Assembly (NCBI GenBank): GCA_021801125.1
Contig: JAJYYI010000131.1
Coordinates: 10,874-74,873, forward strand
DNA length: 64,000 nucleotides
Source: Deltaproteobacteria bacterium
GTDB lineage: Bacteria > Desulfobacterota > Binatia > Binatales > Binataceae
Direction: 5' to 3'
The position numbers and the translations under genes were made by a program. How positions within the stretch are numbered: position 1 is the first letter of the stretch; every line of letters begins with the position of its first letter. The notes beneath the pieces were generated by a model. The model had not been told where the DNA came from. It saw only the letters and a list, made by a program, of their open reading frames with translations, and did no database searches. Positions 53,988 to 64,000 of the stretch are shown here, one piece after another.

Positions 53988-54851
53988 TCAGGGCGCGGCG
54001 CGGCGAGGGTCGCTCAGGGCGCGCAGCGTGTCACCAAGCCGGTTAAAAGCGAGCACGGTAAAAAACATCGCCGCGGCGGGGACGAAGGCAATCTGCGGCG
54101 CGATATCGAGGCTCGCGCTGCCCTCGGCGATCATGCTGCCCCAACTCGGCGCCGGCGCGGGCACGCCAAGCCCGAGAAAACTCAGCGCTCCCTCGGCAAC
54201 GATAATCACCGCCACGGCGAGGAGGAACAAAACAGCCAGCGGTCCCATCACGTTGGGCAGCACCTGGCGGACCAGGATGCGCGGATGGCCGGCGCCAAGA
54301 GCCTGCGCCGCAACGACAAATTCGCGCTGCGTGATAGTCAGCGACGAAGCGCGAGCCACGCGCGTAGCCGAGGGTATCGTCAACAGACCAAGAATCGCGG
54401 TCAGGTTCGCGACCGACTGGCCGAGATAGGCGGTCACCGCCAACGCCAAGACCAACGGCGGAAAGGCGAGCAGCACGTCCATGACCCCCACCGTGACCAT
54501 CTCCAGCCGTCCGCGGAAGTAGCCCGCCAACAAGCCCAACGCCCCTCCCACCGACACGCCGATCAACGGCGCGATAAGTCCGATCAACAGCGAACTACGG
54601 GCCCCGAAGATTAGTCGCGAAAGAAGATCGCGCCCAAACGAATCGGTGCCCAAAGGATGGTGCAGGCTGGGAGCTGCCCGCCGCGCGAGCAGGTTCATGT
54701 GGGCCGGATCCTCCAGCGGCAGCTGGTTGGCCGCGAGCGCGAGCAGCAGGATCACACCGAGCCAGGCCGCCGCCAGCCAGAATCCGAGGCCGAAACTTCG
54801 CGCCGCGTCTATTCCGGCTTCCAGATCGGCGTCGGGCTCAAGCGCGGCCAT
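53988..54851 (-). CDS. ABC transporter permease, DppC/OppC-like
   Basis: Binding-protein-dependent transport inner-membrane component. N-terminal LPLEDPAHMNLLARRAAPSLHHPLGTDSFGRD typical of OppC/DppC. Start ATG at 54851. Confidence 0.8.
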   Translation of the reverse strand: MAALEPDADLEAGIDAARSFGLGFWLAAAWLGVILLLALAANQLPLEDPAHMNLLARRAAPSLHHPLGTDSFGRDLLSRLIFGARSSLLIGLIAPLIGVSVGGALGLLAGYFRGRLEMVTVGVMDVLLAFPPLVLALAVTAYLGQSVANLTAILGLLTIPSATRVARASSLTITQREFVVAAQALGAGHPRILVRQVLPNVMGPLAVLFLLAVAVIIVAEGALSFLGLGVPAPAPSWGSMIAEGSASLDIAPQIAFVPAAAMFFTVLAFNRLGDTLRALSDPRRAAP

Positions 54852-55788
54852 GGCGGATACGTGGGTCGAGCAAGGCGTAAAGCATGTCAACCGCGAAGTT
54901 GACCGAGACGAAGCCGAGCGCGATAAACAGTACCACGCCCTGCACGACAATGAAGTCGCGGCTGTAGATTGAATCGACCAACAGCCGGCCGAGACCGGGC
55001 AAGGCGAAGATGCTCTCGATAATCACGGCGCCTCCGAGCAGCCGGCCGAGATTCAGACCCGTCACCGTCACCAGGGTGAGTGAAGAGGGCTTTAGCGCAT
55101 GGACCAATAGGATCCGCCATCTGGGCAAGCCCTTGGCCTTGGCGGCAACGATAAACTCTTCGCGCAGCGTGGCGATCATGTCCGCGCGCAACACCCGCAT
55201 CAACACAGGCCATTCAACCAGCCCCAGCGTTGCCGCCGGCAGCGCCAAGCTGCGCATATTCGCTACCAACCCCTGGGATAACGCCGTATAGCCGGTTGAC
55301 GGCAAAAGCCCCAAGCGGATTGAAAAGACAAAGACCAGAAGGATCGCCAACATGTAAGGCGGCATCGATAACATGCCGAATGCCCCGCTCGAAAGCGTGC
55401 GATCCAGGGCGGAGTCACGCCGCGCGGCGCATATCACGGCAAACGGAACGCCGATCAAAAGGGCGCATGCTTCCGCAAGCCCCATCAACTCGAGCGACAC
55501 CGGAAGCCGACCCCCGATAGCGTGTATCACGGTCTCGCCGGTACGATGCGAGGTGCCGAGGTCACCGACCATCACCGCACTAAGCCAACGCAGGTACTGT
55601 TGCCATAACGGCAGGTCCAGACCCAATTTGCGATGCAGCGCAGCGACGTTCTCCGGCGTTGCCTGGTCTCCCAGCATCGCCACCGCCAGATCGCCCGGCA
55701 GCAACGAGGCGACCAAGAACGTCAGAACCGTCACCGCTAGGACTACGGGGACCAGGTAGACCAGCTTGCGGCCGACCAAGCCGAGCAT
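54838..55788 (-). CDS. ABC transporter permease, DppB/OppB-like
   Basis: MLGLVGRKLVYLVPVVLAVTVLTFLV N-terminus and EAA-loop region (IATLREEFIVAAKAKGL). Confidence 0.8.
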   Translation of the reverse strand: MLGLVGRKLVYLVPVVLAVTVLTFLVASLLPGDLAVAMLGDQATPENVAALHRKLGLDLPLWQQYLRWLSAVMVGDLGTSHRTGETVIHAIGGRLPVSLELMGLAEACALLIGVPFAVICAARRDSALDRTLSSGAFGMLSMPPYMLAILLVFVFSIRLGLLPSTGYTALSQGLVANMRSLALPAATLGLVEWPVLMRVLRADMIATLREEFIVAAKAKGLPRWRILLVHALKPSSLTLVTVTGLNLGRLLGGAVIIESIFALPGLGRLLVDSIYSRDFIVVQGVVLFIALGFVSVNFAVDMLYALLDPRIRHGRA

Positions 55789-55800
55789 CGCGCGATCCGC

Positions 55801-57477
55801 CTATTTCTTTTCCCACCAGGCGTCGGAGACGTCGAGAACGTCGCTATACTGCTTGTGCACACCCATGAGCTGAGCTTTGGCGATCGAGAAATAGGCGTTT
55901 TGCAGCGTCCAAATCCACGGCACTTCCTTGTTAAGGATTTGCGCGATTTTGCAGTAGTCCTCGCTGCGCACGGCCTCATCACTGGTGGCCCGCGCCGCTT
56001 CGAGCAGGCGGTCTACCTCAGGATTGGAATACCCGGCGATATTCACCGCGCTGCCGGTGTGAAAGTCCGCAAACATCTGCGGCCCCGGGTCGGCCAGGTC
56101 GATTATTCGCCAGCCGCCGACCTCGAAATCGCGCTGGAACGACTTGGTAACGAAGGTTGTCTGGTCCACCTCGTCCAGGGTCACCGCGACGCCGACGTTC
56201 TTCCAAAACTCCTGAAAGATCTGCCCGATGGCACGACCACGGGGCTCAGCCGTGACCATGAATTTAAGCTTGAGCGGCTTGCCGTAACTTTTCAGCAGTT
56301 CCGAGGCCTTGGCCGGATCGTAATGAAGCGCGCCAGGCTCGGCGCAGCGCACGAAGGAGCCAGGCCCGTACGGGTCCAGCGCCGGCTTGCGCAGACCTTC
56401 GGTAACGCCCTCGGCAAAGCCTCGCATGTTGATCGCGTGGCGCAATGCTTGCCGCACGCGCACGTCGCTGAGCGCGGGTTTCAGGGTGTTGAAGACGATG
56501 GCGGAGACGCCCGAGCCGACGTATTCGCGAACCCGCAGCGCCGGGTTCTTTCGCGCCTTCAGAATGTTATCTGAGGTGTCCTCCCAAACGATGTCCACGT
56601 CGCCGGAGAGCACGCTCGCAAAGCGGGTCACAGCGTTGGGCAGAGGACGGATAACCACCTGGTCAAGATACGGATGGCCAGCGGCCCAGTAGTTCGGGTT
56701 GCGCTCGAGGACGAGTCGGTCGCCCGCCTGCCAGGACTTAAGCACGAACGGTCCGGTACCCACAGGATGGCGGTTGTAGCTCTCGCCCATTTCTTTCACC
56801 GCTTTGGGCGAGTGGAAAACGTTGGTCACCACCGGAGGAGAAAGCAGCGCCGGCAGCTGCACGACCGGATACCGTAAATGGTAAACCACGGTCAGGTCAT
56901 CCGGCGCGTTCAGGTTTGAAATTGCGTTTAGGTAGAAGGCGCACCGGCAATGATTTTGCGGATCGAGCATCCGCTCATAGTTGAAGACTACGGCCTGGGC
57001 GTTGAAGGGCGTGCCATCATGGAACTTTACTCCAGGCCTGAGCTTGAAAGTCCATTTTTTGAAGTTCGGCGTCGAACTCCAGGAGAGCGCCAGACGCGGC
57101 TGCACCTTGCCTTCGTCGTCAATTCTGGTGAGCGTATCGAACAGCAGCGCAGCGGTCGCGGTTTGACCGGTGTCGTAGACGCCGACGACCAACGGGTCGA
57201 AGCCGGCTATGTCCTGCTCGACGCCCGCGGTCACGACACCGCCACGGTTCTGCGCGTTGGCCGCACCCGCGCTTGAAATAGCCCACAAGAGGCCGATCAA
57301 CACGCCGCAAAGACGGGATCGTATGAGTGACGCGTCTTTGCCGCCTTGCGAGCGCGCGGGATGCGCGGGAAATGGCTTTCTCAGAGTGCGCCTGGCCAAG
57401 CCTGCCGGATCGTGGAGACGCAGATTGTCTGCGACGTAGTAAGCCAAATGCATGCTCTGAATACCCCCTCGCTTCAC
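55801..57477 (-). CDS. ABC transporter substrate-binding protein, family 5 (peptide/nickel type)
   Basis: About 540-aa SBP_bac_5-like sequence with signal peptide (CGVLIGLLWAISSAGAANA). Start position uncertain. Confidence 0.75.
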   Translation of the reverse strand: MKRGGIQSMHLAYYVADNLRLHDPAGLARRTLRKPFPAHPARSQGGKDASLIRSRLCGVLIGLLWAISSAGAANAQNRGGVVTAGVEQDIAGFDPLVVGVYDTGQTATAALLFDTLTRIDDEGKVQPRLALSWSSTPNFKKWTFKLRPGVKFHDGTPFNAQAVVFNYERMLDPQNHCRCAFYLNAISNLNAPDDLTVVYHLRYPVVQLPALLSPPVVTNVFHSPKAVKEMGESYNRHPVGTGPFVLKSWQAGDRLVLERNPNYWAAGHPYLDQVVIRPLPNAVTRFASVLSGDVDIVWEDTSDNILKARKNPALRVREYVGSGVSAIVFNTLKPALSDVRVRQALRHAINMRGFAEGVTEGLRKPALDPYGPGSFVRCAEPGALHYDPAKASELLKSYGKPLKLKFMVTAEPRGRAIGQIFQEFWKNVGVAVTLDEVDQTTFVTKSFQRDFEVGGWRIIDLADPGPQMFADFHTGSAVNIAGYSNPEVDRLLEAARATSDEAVRSEDYCKIAQILNKEVPWIWTLQNAYFSIAKAQLMGVHKQYSDVLDVSDAWWEKK

Positions 57478-57659
57478 ACCATCGCCGCCGCAGCATCCGA
57501 ATCCTCTGGCGACTGATCTCGGGTTTTTCTGGTTCCCACGGTGAGTTTTAAGAACCGTTGAACGGCAGCGGTCGGCGGTTGGATACCCCCGTCCGGTTCA
57601 TGACTGGCGAGGCTTGACGTTGTCCGCTTTGGACGGCGCGCATGCCTCGCCCATCATGC

Positions 57660-58277
57660 CTATTTGATAGAGTAACTGACCAGCTCCATGTTCCATTTCG
57701 GGAATCGGGGATTAGAGACGCGGACTACGGCCAGAGCTTTCGGAGAATACCAGCTCGTTGAGTAAGCATGGCCGCTCATGTTGCCTAATTCCCAGTTGTC
57801 AACGCAATCAATCCTATAGGCGGGAAGCTCGCCGGCAGCCACCTTGACCGTCTCATAAGCTGACGCCTCGCAGCTGGCGACTGCGACCCAGCGAAAGCCA
57901 TCATCGGCCGTATAACCCGAATATTTCCCGGTCCATTTCTTTCCCACTTTGAGCGGAAACGAGATCGACGGCAGATACGGCTTAAATTCTGCTAGAATTT
58001 CGCCATCTTCGGTGACGATTTTGGTTAGATTGTAATCGTTGGTTACCGAAAGATAGGCCAAATTATCTTTACATTGAGCGATCAGAAATCCGTTTTTGTT
58101 GGTTTCCTTGATCACCCAGCGGGAGCATTCAACAGTGGCGAACTTCTTGGCGTATTCGTGTATATCGCCGACCTTGGGTACAGGTTTGTCAGCGGTAGCC
58201 GCCTGCTGAGCTTGTACCGCGCAGGGAGCGGCAAATAAGAGACCCCCAATTACCCAAAACACGAGCCGTTTCATCAT
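57660..58277 (-). CDS. Secreted hypothetical protein, low-GC composition
   Basis: Signal peptide MMKRLVFWVIGGLLFAAPCAVQA. Lys/Tyr-rich mature region, with AT-rich codon usage relative to neighbours. No family recognised. Confidence 0.5.
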   Translation of the reverse strand: MMKRLVFWVIGGLLFAAPCAVQAQQAATADKPVPKVGDIHEYAKKFATVECSRWVIKETNKNGFLIAQCKDNLAYLSVTNDYNLTKIVTEDGEILAEFKPYLPSISFPLKVGKKWTGKYSGYTADDGFRWVAVASCEASAYETVKVAAGELPAYRIDCVDNWELGNMSGHAYSTSWYSPKALAVVRVSNPRFPKWNMELVSYSIK

Positions 58278-58598
58278 GTTTTCCCCATCTGCCGAGCGCA
58301 GTTGCTGGACCGGTACGCGAGGCTCACCGTGGTCTACCGGCGATTTGTGAGTTAATATAGGACCCTGCGGAAACAGGTCAAGGTGCAAAGCTCATCACCA
58401 AAAGCGACCCTCAAAAGCGGTACCTAGCAAGCACTAGAGCAAGAGAGCCCTTGGTCACTTGAGCGCCTGGTGACCCGAGCAATCGACCGAAGACCTGCCC
58501 AAGGGACCTGGGAGCCCGCGACCGCGCGCGGCTCAGCGAGCGGTCGAGCCGTTGCTGACCCGCAGGATGACCGAGCGATAAGAAAAAGTGCGTGGAGG

Positions 58599-59039
58599 AT
58601 GACCGTGGCCTCGAAGCTTAAGAAGGGAGTCAGTGAGCTGGTAGCCGAAGCGAACGCCGAGATTCAAACGATTACCGCGGTGCAAGCATTGGCGCTTCAA
58701 AACGACCCCAACACCGTGCTGGTGGACCTGCGCGACATCCGCGAACTCGAACGCGACGGACGAATCCCCGGGGCGTTTCACGCGCCGCGCGGGATGCTCG
58801 AGTTCTGGGTCGATCCGCAGAGCCCCTACCACAAGGAAATTTTTGGCTCGGGCAAGCGCTTTGTCTTCTTCTGCGCCGGCGGGTTGCGCTCGGCACTCGC
58901 CACGCAGATTGTGCAGCGCATGGGGCTCGAGCCGGTATGCCATATCGAGGGCGGCTTTCGCGCCTGGAAAGAGGCCGGCGGTCCCGTAGAAGCCCATGCG
59001 CCGCGTGAAAGAAATCCTGCCGCGAATCCTCACAAATGA
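58599..59039 (+). CDS. Rhodanese-domain protein
   Basis: Active-site loop FFCAGGLRS and LVDLRD. GGAGG RBS directly upstream of the ATG at 58599. Confidence 0.75.
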   Translation: MTVASKLKKGVSELVAEANAEIQTITAVQALALQNDPNTVLVDLRDIRELERDGRIPGAFHAPRGMLEFWVDPQSPYHKEIFGSGKRFVFFCAGGLRSALATQIVQRMGLEPVCHIEGGFRAWKEAGGPVEAHAPRERNPAANPHK

Positions 59040-59214
59040 ACTCACCGCCACTGCCGCGCCTCAACGTTAGGCCTCTCGCCGCGCGAAAAATGAAAGGCTA
59101 GGCACGCCTTCGCTCATTTTTCGTGCGGCTTCAAGCCTCTCAAGACCAAAAGCGCTGCACATTGCGGAGCTTCTCGTCAAACCGTTGATCCCATCCGATG
59201 CGCGCAAAGTTCGG

Positions 59215-60549
59215 CTAAGCGCCCTCGTCGTACTCCTCGGCGATATCCTTTAGCGTGTAGTCCTTGAGCAACGCGGTTGACCCGAGGCTGACCAGCGCCA
59301 GGGCGAGGATGTAGCCGGCTATCGCGTAGCCCGATTTGTAACTGGCGAAAAGCGCGGTCGCAATCAGCGGCGCCGGGCCACCGGCGATAATCGAAGTCAA
59401 CTGGTAACCGAGCGAGGCCCCGCTGTAACGCAGGCGCCCGGTGAAGCTCTCAGCGATCATCGCCGCCTGTGGGCCATACATCATGCCGTGCGGAATCAAC
59501 GACAGCATGATCGCCACGAAGATCAGAGCGGGGATACGCGTGTCGAGCAGTGCAAAGTAGAGAAACCCGAACACACCGACCGCTGCCGCGCCCAGCATAT
59601 ACATGCGCTTGCGTCCGATCCGGTCGGAGAGATACCCCGAGAGCGGGATGGTCACGAATGACACCACCGACGCACCCAACACCGCGACCAGCAAAAGATT
59701 GCGGGACGCGCCCAGCGTCACCGTGCCGTACACGAAGATGAACGCGGTAAAAACGTAGAATGGCGCGTTCTCGGCCACCCGCGCGAGCGCGGAGAGGATG
59801 ATCTCCTTGGGTTGACGCTTTATTACCTCGATCATCGGGGCGCGCTCGATTTTATTCTGCGCCGTGAGCCGCATGAAGGTCGGCGTCTCGAGAATACCCA
59901 GACGAATATAGAGTCCGATCCCCACTAAAAAGATGCTCAGGAAGAACGGGATGCGCCAGCCCCAGGTCATAAAGCCGGGCCCGGAGATCGCGCTGAAGGC
60001 AAGCGCCGCCAGGTTCGCCAAAAACAGGCCCGCAGGCACGCCGAATTGAGGCCATGACGCGATGAAGCCGCGATGCTCATTAGACCGCGCCCACTCCATG
60101 GACAGCAGCACCGACCCTCCCCATTCGCCCCCGACGCCAACTCCTTGGACGAAGCGTAGAACAGTCAAAATGATCGCGCCCCAGATACCGATGGTGGCGT
60201 AGGTCGGCACCAGCGCGACCAAAAACGTGGCAAACCCCATTAGCATCAGCGTGGCGATCAGCGTCGACTTGCGCCCAATCCGGTCGCCGTAGTGGCCAAA
60301 AATGGCGGCGCCCACCGGACGCGCAACGAAACCGACCGCGTATATGAGGAACGCCTGCAAAGTCCCCACCAGCGGGTCCGATTTGGGAAAGTACAGCTTC
60401 GCAAACACCAGTCCGGTCACGGTGCTATACAAGAAGAAGTCGTACCACTCGATGGTGGTGCCGACGGTGCTTGCAATAACTGCTCGCCTAAGCTGCCTGC
60501 GGTGCTCGTCCTCAGACAACACGGGTATTTCCGTTCCCTTCACTGCCAT
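59215..60549 (-). CDS. MFS transporter, metabolite:H+ symporter (MHS) family
   Basis: GFVARPVGAAIFGHYGDRIGRK MHS signature and 12 predicted TM segments. Confidence 0.85.
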   Translation of the reverse strand: MAVKGTEIPVLSEDEHRRQLRRAVIASTVGTTIEWYDFFLYSTVTGLVFAKLYFPKSDPLVGTLQAFLIYAVGFVARPVGAAIFGHYGDRIGRKSTLIATLMLMGFATFLVALVPTYATIGIWGAIILTVLRFVQGVGVGGEWGGSVLLSMEWARSNEHRGFIASWPQFGVPAGLFLANLAALAFSAISGPGFMTWGWRIPFFLSIFLVGIGLYIRLGILETPTFMRLTAQNKIERAPMIEVIKRQPKEIILSALARVAENAPFYVFTAFIFVYGTVTLGASRNLLLVAVLGASVVSFVTIPLSGYLSDRIGRKRMYMLGAAAVGVFGFLYFALLDTRIPALIFVAIMLSLIPHGMMYGPQAAMIAESFTGRLRYSGASLGYQLTSIIAGGPAPLIATALFASYKSGYAIAGYILALALVSLGSTALLKDYTLKDIAEEYDEGA

Positions 60550-61231
60550 CGACTAACCTCCCCAAGACCGCTAACCGCCATCTCCCCGAGGCGTTTCGCG
60601 GCGGCTTGTTTGCGGGCTATTAAATGCGGTCGCTTAGCACTCATAATGAATACCCGATCCGAAAAAAAAATGCATAGCCGGCGCTATATCTATCTGCGGT
60701 ACGCGCTCCCGTATCCAAAAGACCACGCTCTACCGCCACCCGCACCAGACCTCACTTCGCATCCAAGCAGCGTCCACCGAACTCATCGAACCCTCCCCAC
60801 CCGTAGCCGGGCCATGCAACACGGGTTTGTATAATACACTTCAGCGATCGAGCTTACGCGCGCATCGCGTCAACGACGCCCGCCATGGATGAAGCGCCCC
60901 CGACCGCCGAATTTACAGCATCCGCTAAAGGTTTCTCCTTTTCCTTGTGCCCGGAAACGCCAACATCAAAAATAGAATTCCAAGCACACGGGTCGGGCCG
61001 GCTACAGAGTGCGAAGTTGGCAGGGCTCCGCTCAAGTGCAAAGCGATACACCCTTTCGTGGGACCAGGGTCTAAATCTCTTTTGCTCGGGGAAAGACTAA
61101 GGGGTGGGTCAACCGGAAATCGCGTTCGCGAGGCTGAAGCGAGAGCCAAGCGCGGAACGGAACACCGTCTTAACCGAGGGCCCGGGCCCGAGACTCTGGC
61201 CGCAACTCTTTATTGAGGATGGAAGAGTCTG

Positions 61232-61717
61232 ATGGTCGAGCTAAAAACCGCCGTCATTAACAAGCCGCCCGAGGTCAACGTCATCATCGGGCAGAGCCAT
61301 TTCATCAAGACCGTCGAAGATCTGCACGAGACGTTGATTCAAGCGGCCTCGGGCATCAAGTTTGGCCTTGCCTTCTGCGAAGCGTCGGGACCATGCCTCG
61401 TGCGACGCAGCGGTACGGATGAAGCACTGGAAAGACTCGCGGTGGAAGCCGCGTGCTCGATCGGTGCCGGTCACGTGTTCGTCGTGATGCTGGGCAATGC
61501 CTTTCCGATCAGCGTGCTCAACCAGGTAAAAATGGTCGCCGAGGTCTGCACCGTGTACTGCGCGAGCGCTAACCCAGTTCGCGTCGTCGTCGCATGCGAG
61601 GATGAAGGTCGAGGACTTCTTGGCGTGATAGACGGCGCCTCACCCAAGGGCGTGGAGAACGAAGAGCAAAAACGCGAGCGACAGGCCTTACTCCGACGAT
61701 TGGGCTACAAAGTTTAA
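61232..61717 (+). CDS. Conserved hypothetical protein, possibly adenosine-specific-kinase (PF04008)-like
   Basis: 161-aa ORF with coding-like composition and a GAGGATGG RBS region. Family assignment from memory only. Confidence 0.4.
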   Translation: MVELKTAVINKPPEVNVIIGQSHFIKTVEDLHETLIQAASGIKFGLAFCEASGPCLVRRSGTDEALERLAVEAACSIGAGHVFVVMLGNAFPISVLNQVKMVAEVCTVYCASANPVRVVVACEDEGRGLLGVIDGASPKGVENEEQKRERQALLRRLGYKV

Positions 61718-62064
61718 AGCCCAATCGCGCGCTCGACTGGTCTTCGTTTATAATTCTGATTCCAAGAGGTCGCGGAGCAGCCGCACCCATTACGTGTGAG
61801 TAAATATGTGATGACCGCACGGCGTCGCCGGCGTCTGGCTCAGGGGACCACGGGTAGCCACCGAATGAATTAGCTTACGACGCGCTGCATTCCAATCCCT
61901 GCGAAGAACGTGCTGAGCGAGTCGTAAAGATTCTCTCGTCATTCGCTGGGGGGCGAACCGATCGTTGCGGCCTGCGGCTTGATTCCGCGGAGCTGAATTT
62001 CGCCTAGTCACTAAACGCTTAACCGTGATATAAGCGGCTCAGACGCTTTCGAAGGGTTCTGAGA

Positions 62065-64000
62065 ATGAAGTGCCCCGAGTGTCAGGCCACCAACGACAAG
62101 GACGCCTTGAGCTGTGGTAATTGCGGCGCTGCGCTGCCTCGAAAGTGTCCGTCTTGCGCCAACATCAATCGGGCACACGCGAGATTTTGCGACACATGCG
62201 GTACTGCGCTGGCCGCGCAAGTCCATGTCGCCGAGACAGTTCAGGTAGACACGGTCGATGAGACCGAGTCGAACACCAAGCTCACTGTCTCCTGCGAAGC
62301 AGAACGCCGCCAACTAACGGTGATGTTCTGTGACTTGGTCGACTCCACGGTTCTCTCCGAGTTGCTCGATCCGGAAGAGTTGCGCGAGGTGATGCGCGCG
62401 TATCAGAGGCGGGGAACCGCGGCGATCTCACGGTTTGGCGGCTACGTCGCACGATATTTGGGCGACGGGCTCTTGGCGTACTTCGGCTATCCGCAAGCGC
62501 ATGAAGACAGTCCGCAACGCGCGGTACACGCCGCCCGCGAGATCCTTGGGGCGATGCCCCACTTAAACGCTGAGCTGCGCCCGCATGAAGTTATTCACCG
62601 GGCGCCTTTGAGAGTCCGCATCGGCATACATACCGGCCTTGTCGTGGTTGGGGATCTAGGCGTCGAGGCATCACATGAATCCATGGCGATCGTGGGAGAA
62701 ACCCCCAACGTCGCAGCGCGAATCCAGGCCCTAGCGGAGCCCAACACCGTAGTGATCAGTGGCTTTACGAAGAAGCTGGTTGAGACGCGCTTTGTCTGCG
62801 AGAGCCTGGGCTTTCGACCGCTCAAGGGAATTTCCACGCCCATGGAGCTTTATCGTGTGCTGGGCGAAAGCACCGACCAAAGCCACTCATTCCCGAGCGG
62901 CGGGACGAGCCTGACTCCCATGGTCGGTCGCCGCGAAGAACTCGACTTGCTGCTCGAGAGGTGGGAACAGGCAAGACAAGGGCAGAGCCGTGTCGTGCTT
63001 CTTAAGGGCGAGCCGGGGATCGGCAAAACGCGGCTGATGCGCGAATTAAAAGAGCACATCGCGCGCCAAGGCTGCACGCAAATAGAACTTCGATGCTTGC
63101 GGTATTATCAGAATACCGCGCTGCAGCCGGTGGTCGAGCATCTGCGCCAGTTGTTTCAATTCGACCACGATGATACTCCGCAAGAAAAGTTGGCCAAGCT
63201 AGAGCATAAGCTCAACCTGTACCGCCTTTCCCCGAGTACGACTGTGCCGCTCTTCGCACCGCTGCTTTCTTTGCCGCACGCCGAGAACTACCCGCCGCTC
63301 GATCTGAGTCCGTTCAGGCAAAAGCAGAAGACCCTCCAAGCCTTAATCGACCTGCTGATAGCCGAGGCACAGCGCAATCCCGTCCTGGCGGCTTGGGAAG
63401 ACCTTCACTGGGCCGACGCCTCGACACTGGAGCTGCTCGATCTGTTCGTGCAACAGGCTCCGGCTTCGCGAATCTTGGTGCTTGTGACGTTTCGGCCGGA
63501 CTTTAGCCCACCCTGGGATTCACACCCTTATCTGACGACGGTCTCGCTCGGCCGTCTTTCCGACGCCGACGTGCGCACGCTGGTCGAGGAGCTGACGCGA
63601 GGCAAAGCGCTAAAGAGCGAGATTGCCGAGCAGATCGTGGGCAAGACCGATGGTGTGCCGCTCTTCGTGGAAGAACTGACGAAAATGCTGTGCGATTCAG
63701 GACCACCCGAAGAGCAAGGCGAGCTGCATGGATCGGCGAGCCCGAATACGAGCCTGGCCATCCCGGCCACTCTTCAAGACCTGTTGATGGCCAGGTTGGA
63801 CAAATTCGTCACGGCTCGGCGCGTGGCGCAGCTGGCGGCAACGCTCGGCAGAGAATTCCGCTACGACTTCCTGCGGATGGTGTCGCCCCTGCCCGAGAGC
63901 GCCCTAAAACGCGAACTCGACTCCTTGGTCAACGCTGAACTGCTTTACCAACGCGGCGTTCCACCTCACGGGACCTACATGTTCAAGCACGCCCTTATTC
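62065..64000 (+). CDS. Multidomain signalling protein: double zinc-ribbon, class III adenylate/guanylate cyclase catalytic domain and AAA-type ATPase (3' end beyond window)
   Basis: Continuous ORF from the ATG at 62065 to the window edge, not in the ORF track because it has no stop. N-terminus CPECQ...CGNCG...CPSC...CDTCG. CHD motifs RRQLTVMFCDLVDST, FGGYVARYLGDGLLAYFG, GETPNVAARIQ. Then Walker A LLKGEPGIGKTRL. Confidence 0.8.
   Translation, partial: MKCPECQATNDKDALSCGNCGAALPRKCPSCANINRAHARFCDTCGTALAAQVHVAETVQVDTVDETESNTKLTVSCEAERRQLTVMFCDLVDSTVLSELLDPEELREVMRAYQRRGTAAISRFGGYVARYLGDGLLAYFGYPQAHEDSPQRAVHAAREILGAMPHLNAELRPHEVIHRAPLRVRIGIHTGLVVVGDLGVEASHESMAIVGETPNVAARIQALAEPNTVVISGFTKKLVETRFVCESLGFRPLKGISTPMELYRVLGESTDQSHSFPSGGTSLTPMVGRREELDLLLERWEQARQGQSRVVLLKGEPGIGKTRLMRELKEHIARQGCTQIELRCLRYYQNTALQPVVEHLRQLFQFDHDDTPQEKLAKLEHKLNLYRLSPSTTVPLFAPLLSLPHAENYPPLDLSPFRQKQKTLQALIDLLIAEAQRNPVLAAWEDLHWADASTLELLDLFVQQAPASRILVLVTFRPDFSPPWDSHPYLTTVSLGRLSDADVRTLVEELTRGKALKSEIAEQIVGKTDGVPLFVEELTKMLCDSGPPEEQGELHGSASPNTSLAIPATLQDLLMARLDKFVTARRVAQLAATLGREFRYDFLRMVSPLPESALKRELDSLVNAELLYQRGVPPHGTYMFKHALI

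Overview
High-GC (~65%) bacterial chromosomal segment, densely coding and dominated by housekeeping genes. It has the gene content of a high-GC Gram-negative genome (one lipobox-signal lipoprotein, a LemA-HtpX pair, a class III cyclase-ATPase fusion), but the phylum cannot be assigned from sequence alone. No rRNA, tRNA, CRISPR, transposase or integrase was recognised by eye.

Main content:
- 120-7720, minus strand: a complete contiguous tryptophan operon trpE-trpG-trpD-trpC-trpF-trpB-trpA followed by accD. Upstream lie argJ, secA, murI and an engB / GT2 glycosyltransferase / hypothetical / SplB-like radical-SAM / murI co-directional gene string.
- 17-31 kb: a lipoprotein, a PEBP (YbhB) protein, a small excisionase-family HTH protein in an AT-richer patch, pyrF, cinA, a cytidylate-kinase-like protein with a BON domain, a translationally coupled deoxyhypusine-synthase-like / inositol-monophosphatase-family pair, glnA, a large M1 aminopeptidase with C-terminal HEAT repeats, and a divergent Cys/His-rich protein of unknown family.
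- 31-49 kb: aceA, an ~850-bp non-coding tract, a degenerate histidine-kinase-like protein, an FNR-like oxidoreductase, an esterase, a Zn alcohol dehydrogenase, panE, coaE, an alpha/beta hydrolase, a methyltransferase, a LemA-HtpX(M48) pair, a CBS protein, a frameshifted PhnB-like remnant, a DsbA-like protein, a dienelactone hydrolase and bolA-grxD.
- 49-64 kb: an AT-rich islet carrying a Cys-rich secreted protein with an upstream palindrome, acoABC (acetoin dehydrogenase E1 alpha, E1 beta and a lipoyl-hydrolase E2), a peptide-type ABC importer lacking ATPase genes, a low-GC secreted protein, a rhodanese, an MHS-family MFS transporter, a PF04008-like protein, and a 3'-truncated multidomain adenylate/guanylate cyclase whose ORF runs off the window and is therefore absent from the supplied ORF track.

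No obvious multi-gene novel defence-type system was found. The most unusual loci are the AT-rich Cys-rich secreted gene with its operator-like palindrome, the Cys/His-rich protein divergent from the HEAT-repeat aminopeptidase, the phosphoacceptor-less kinase-like gene beside a long non-coding tract, and the intrinsic-terminator-like structure directly upstream of trpE.
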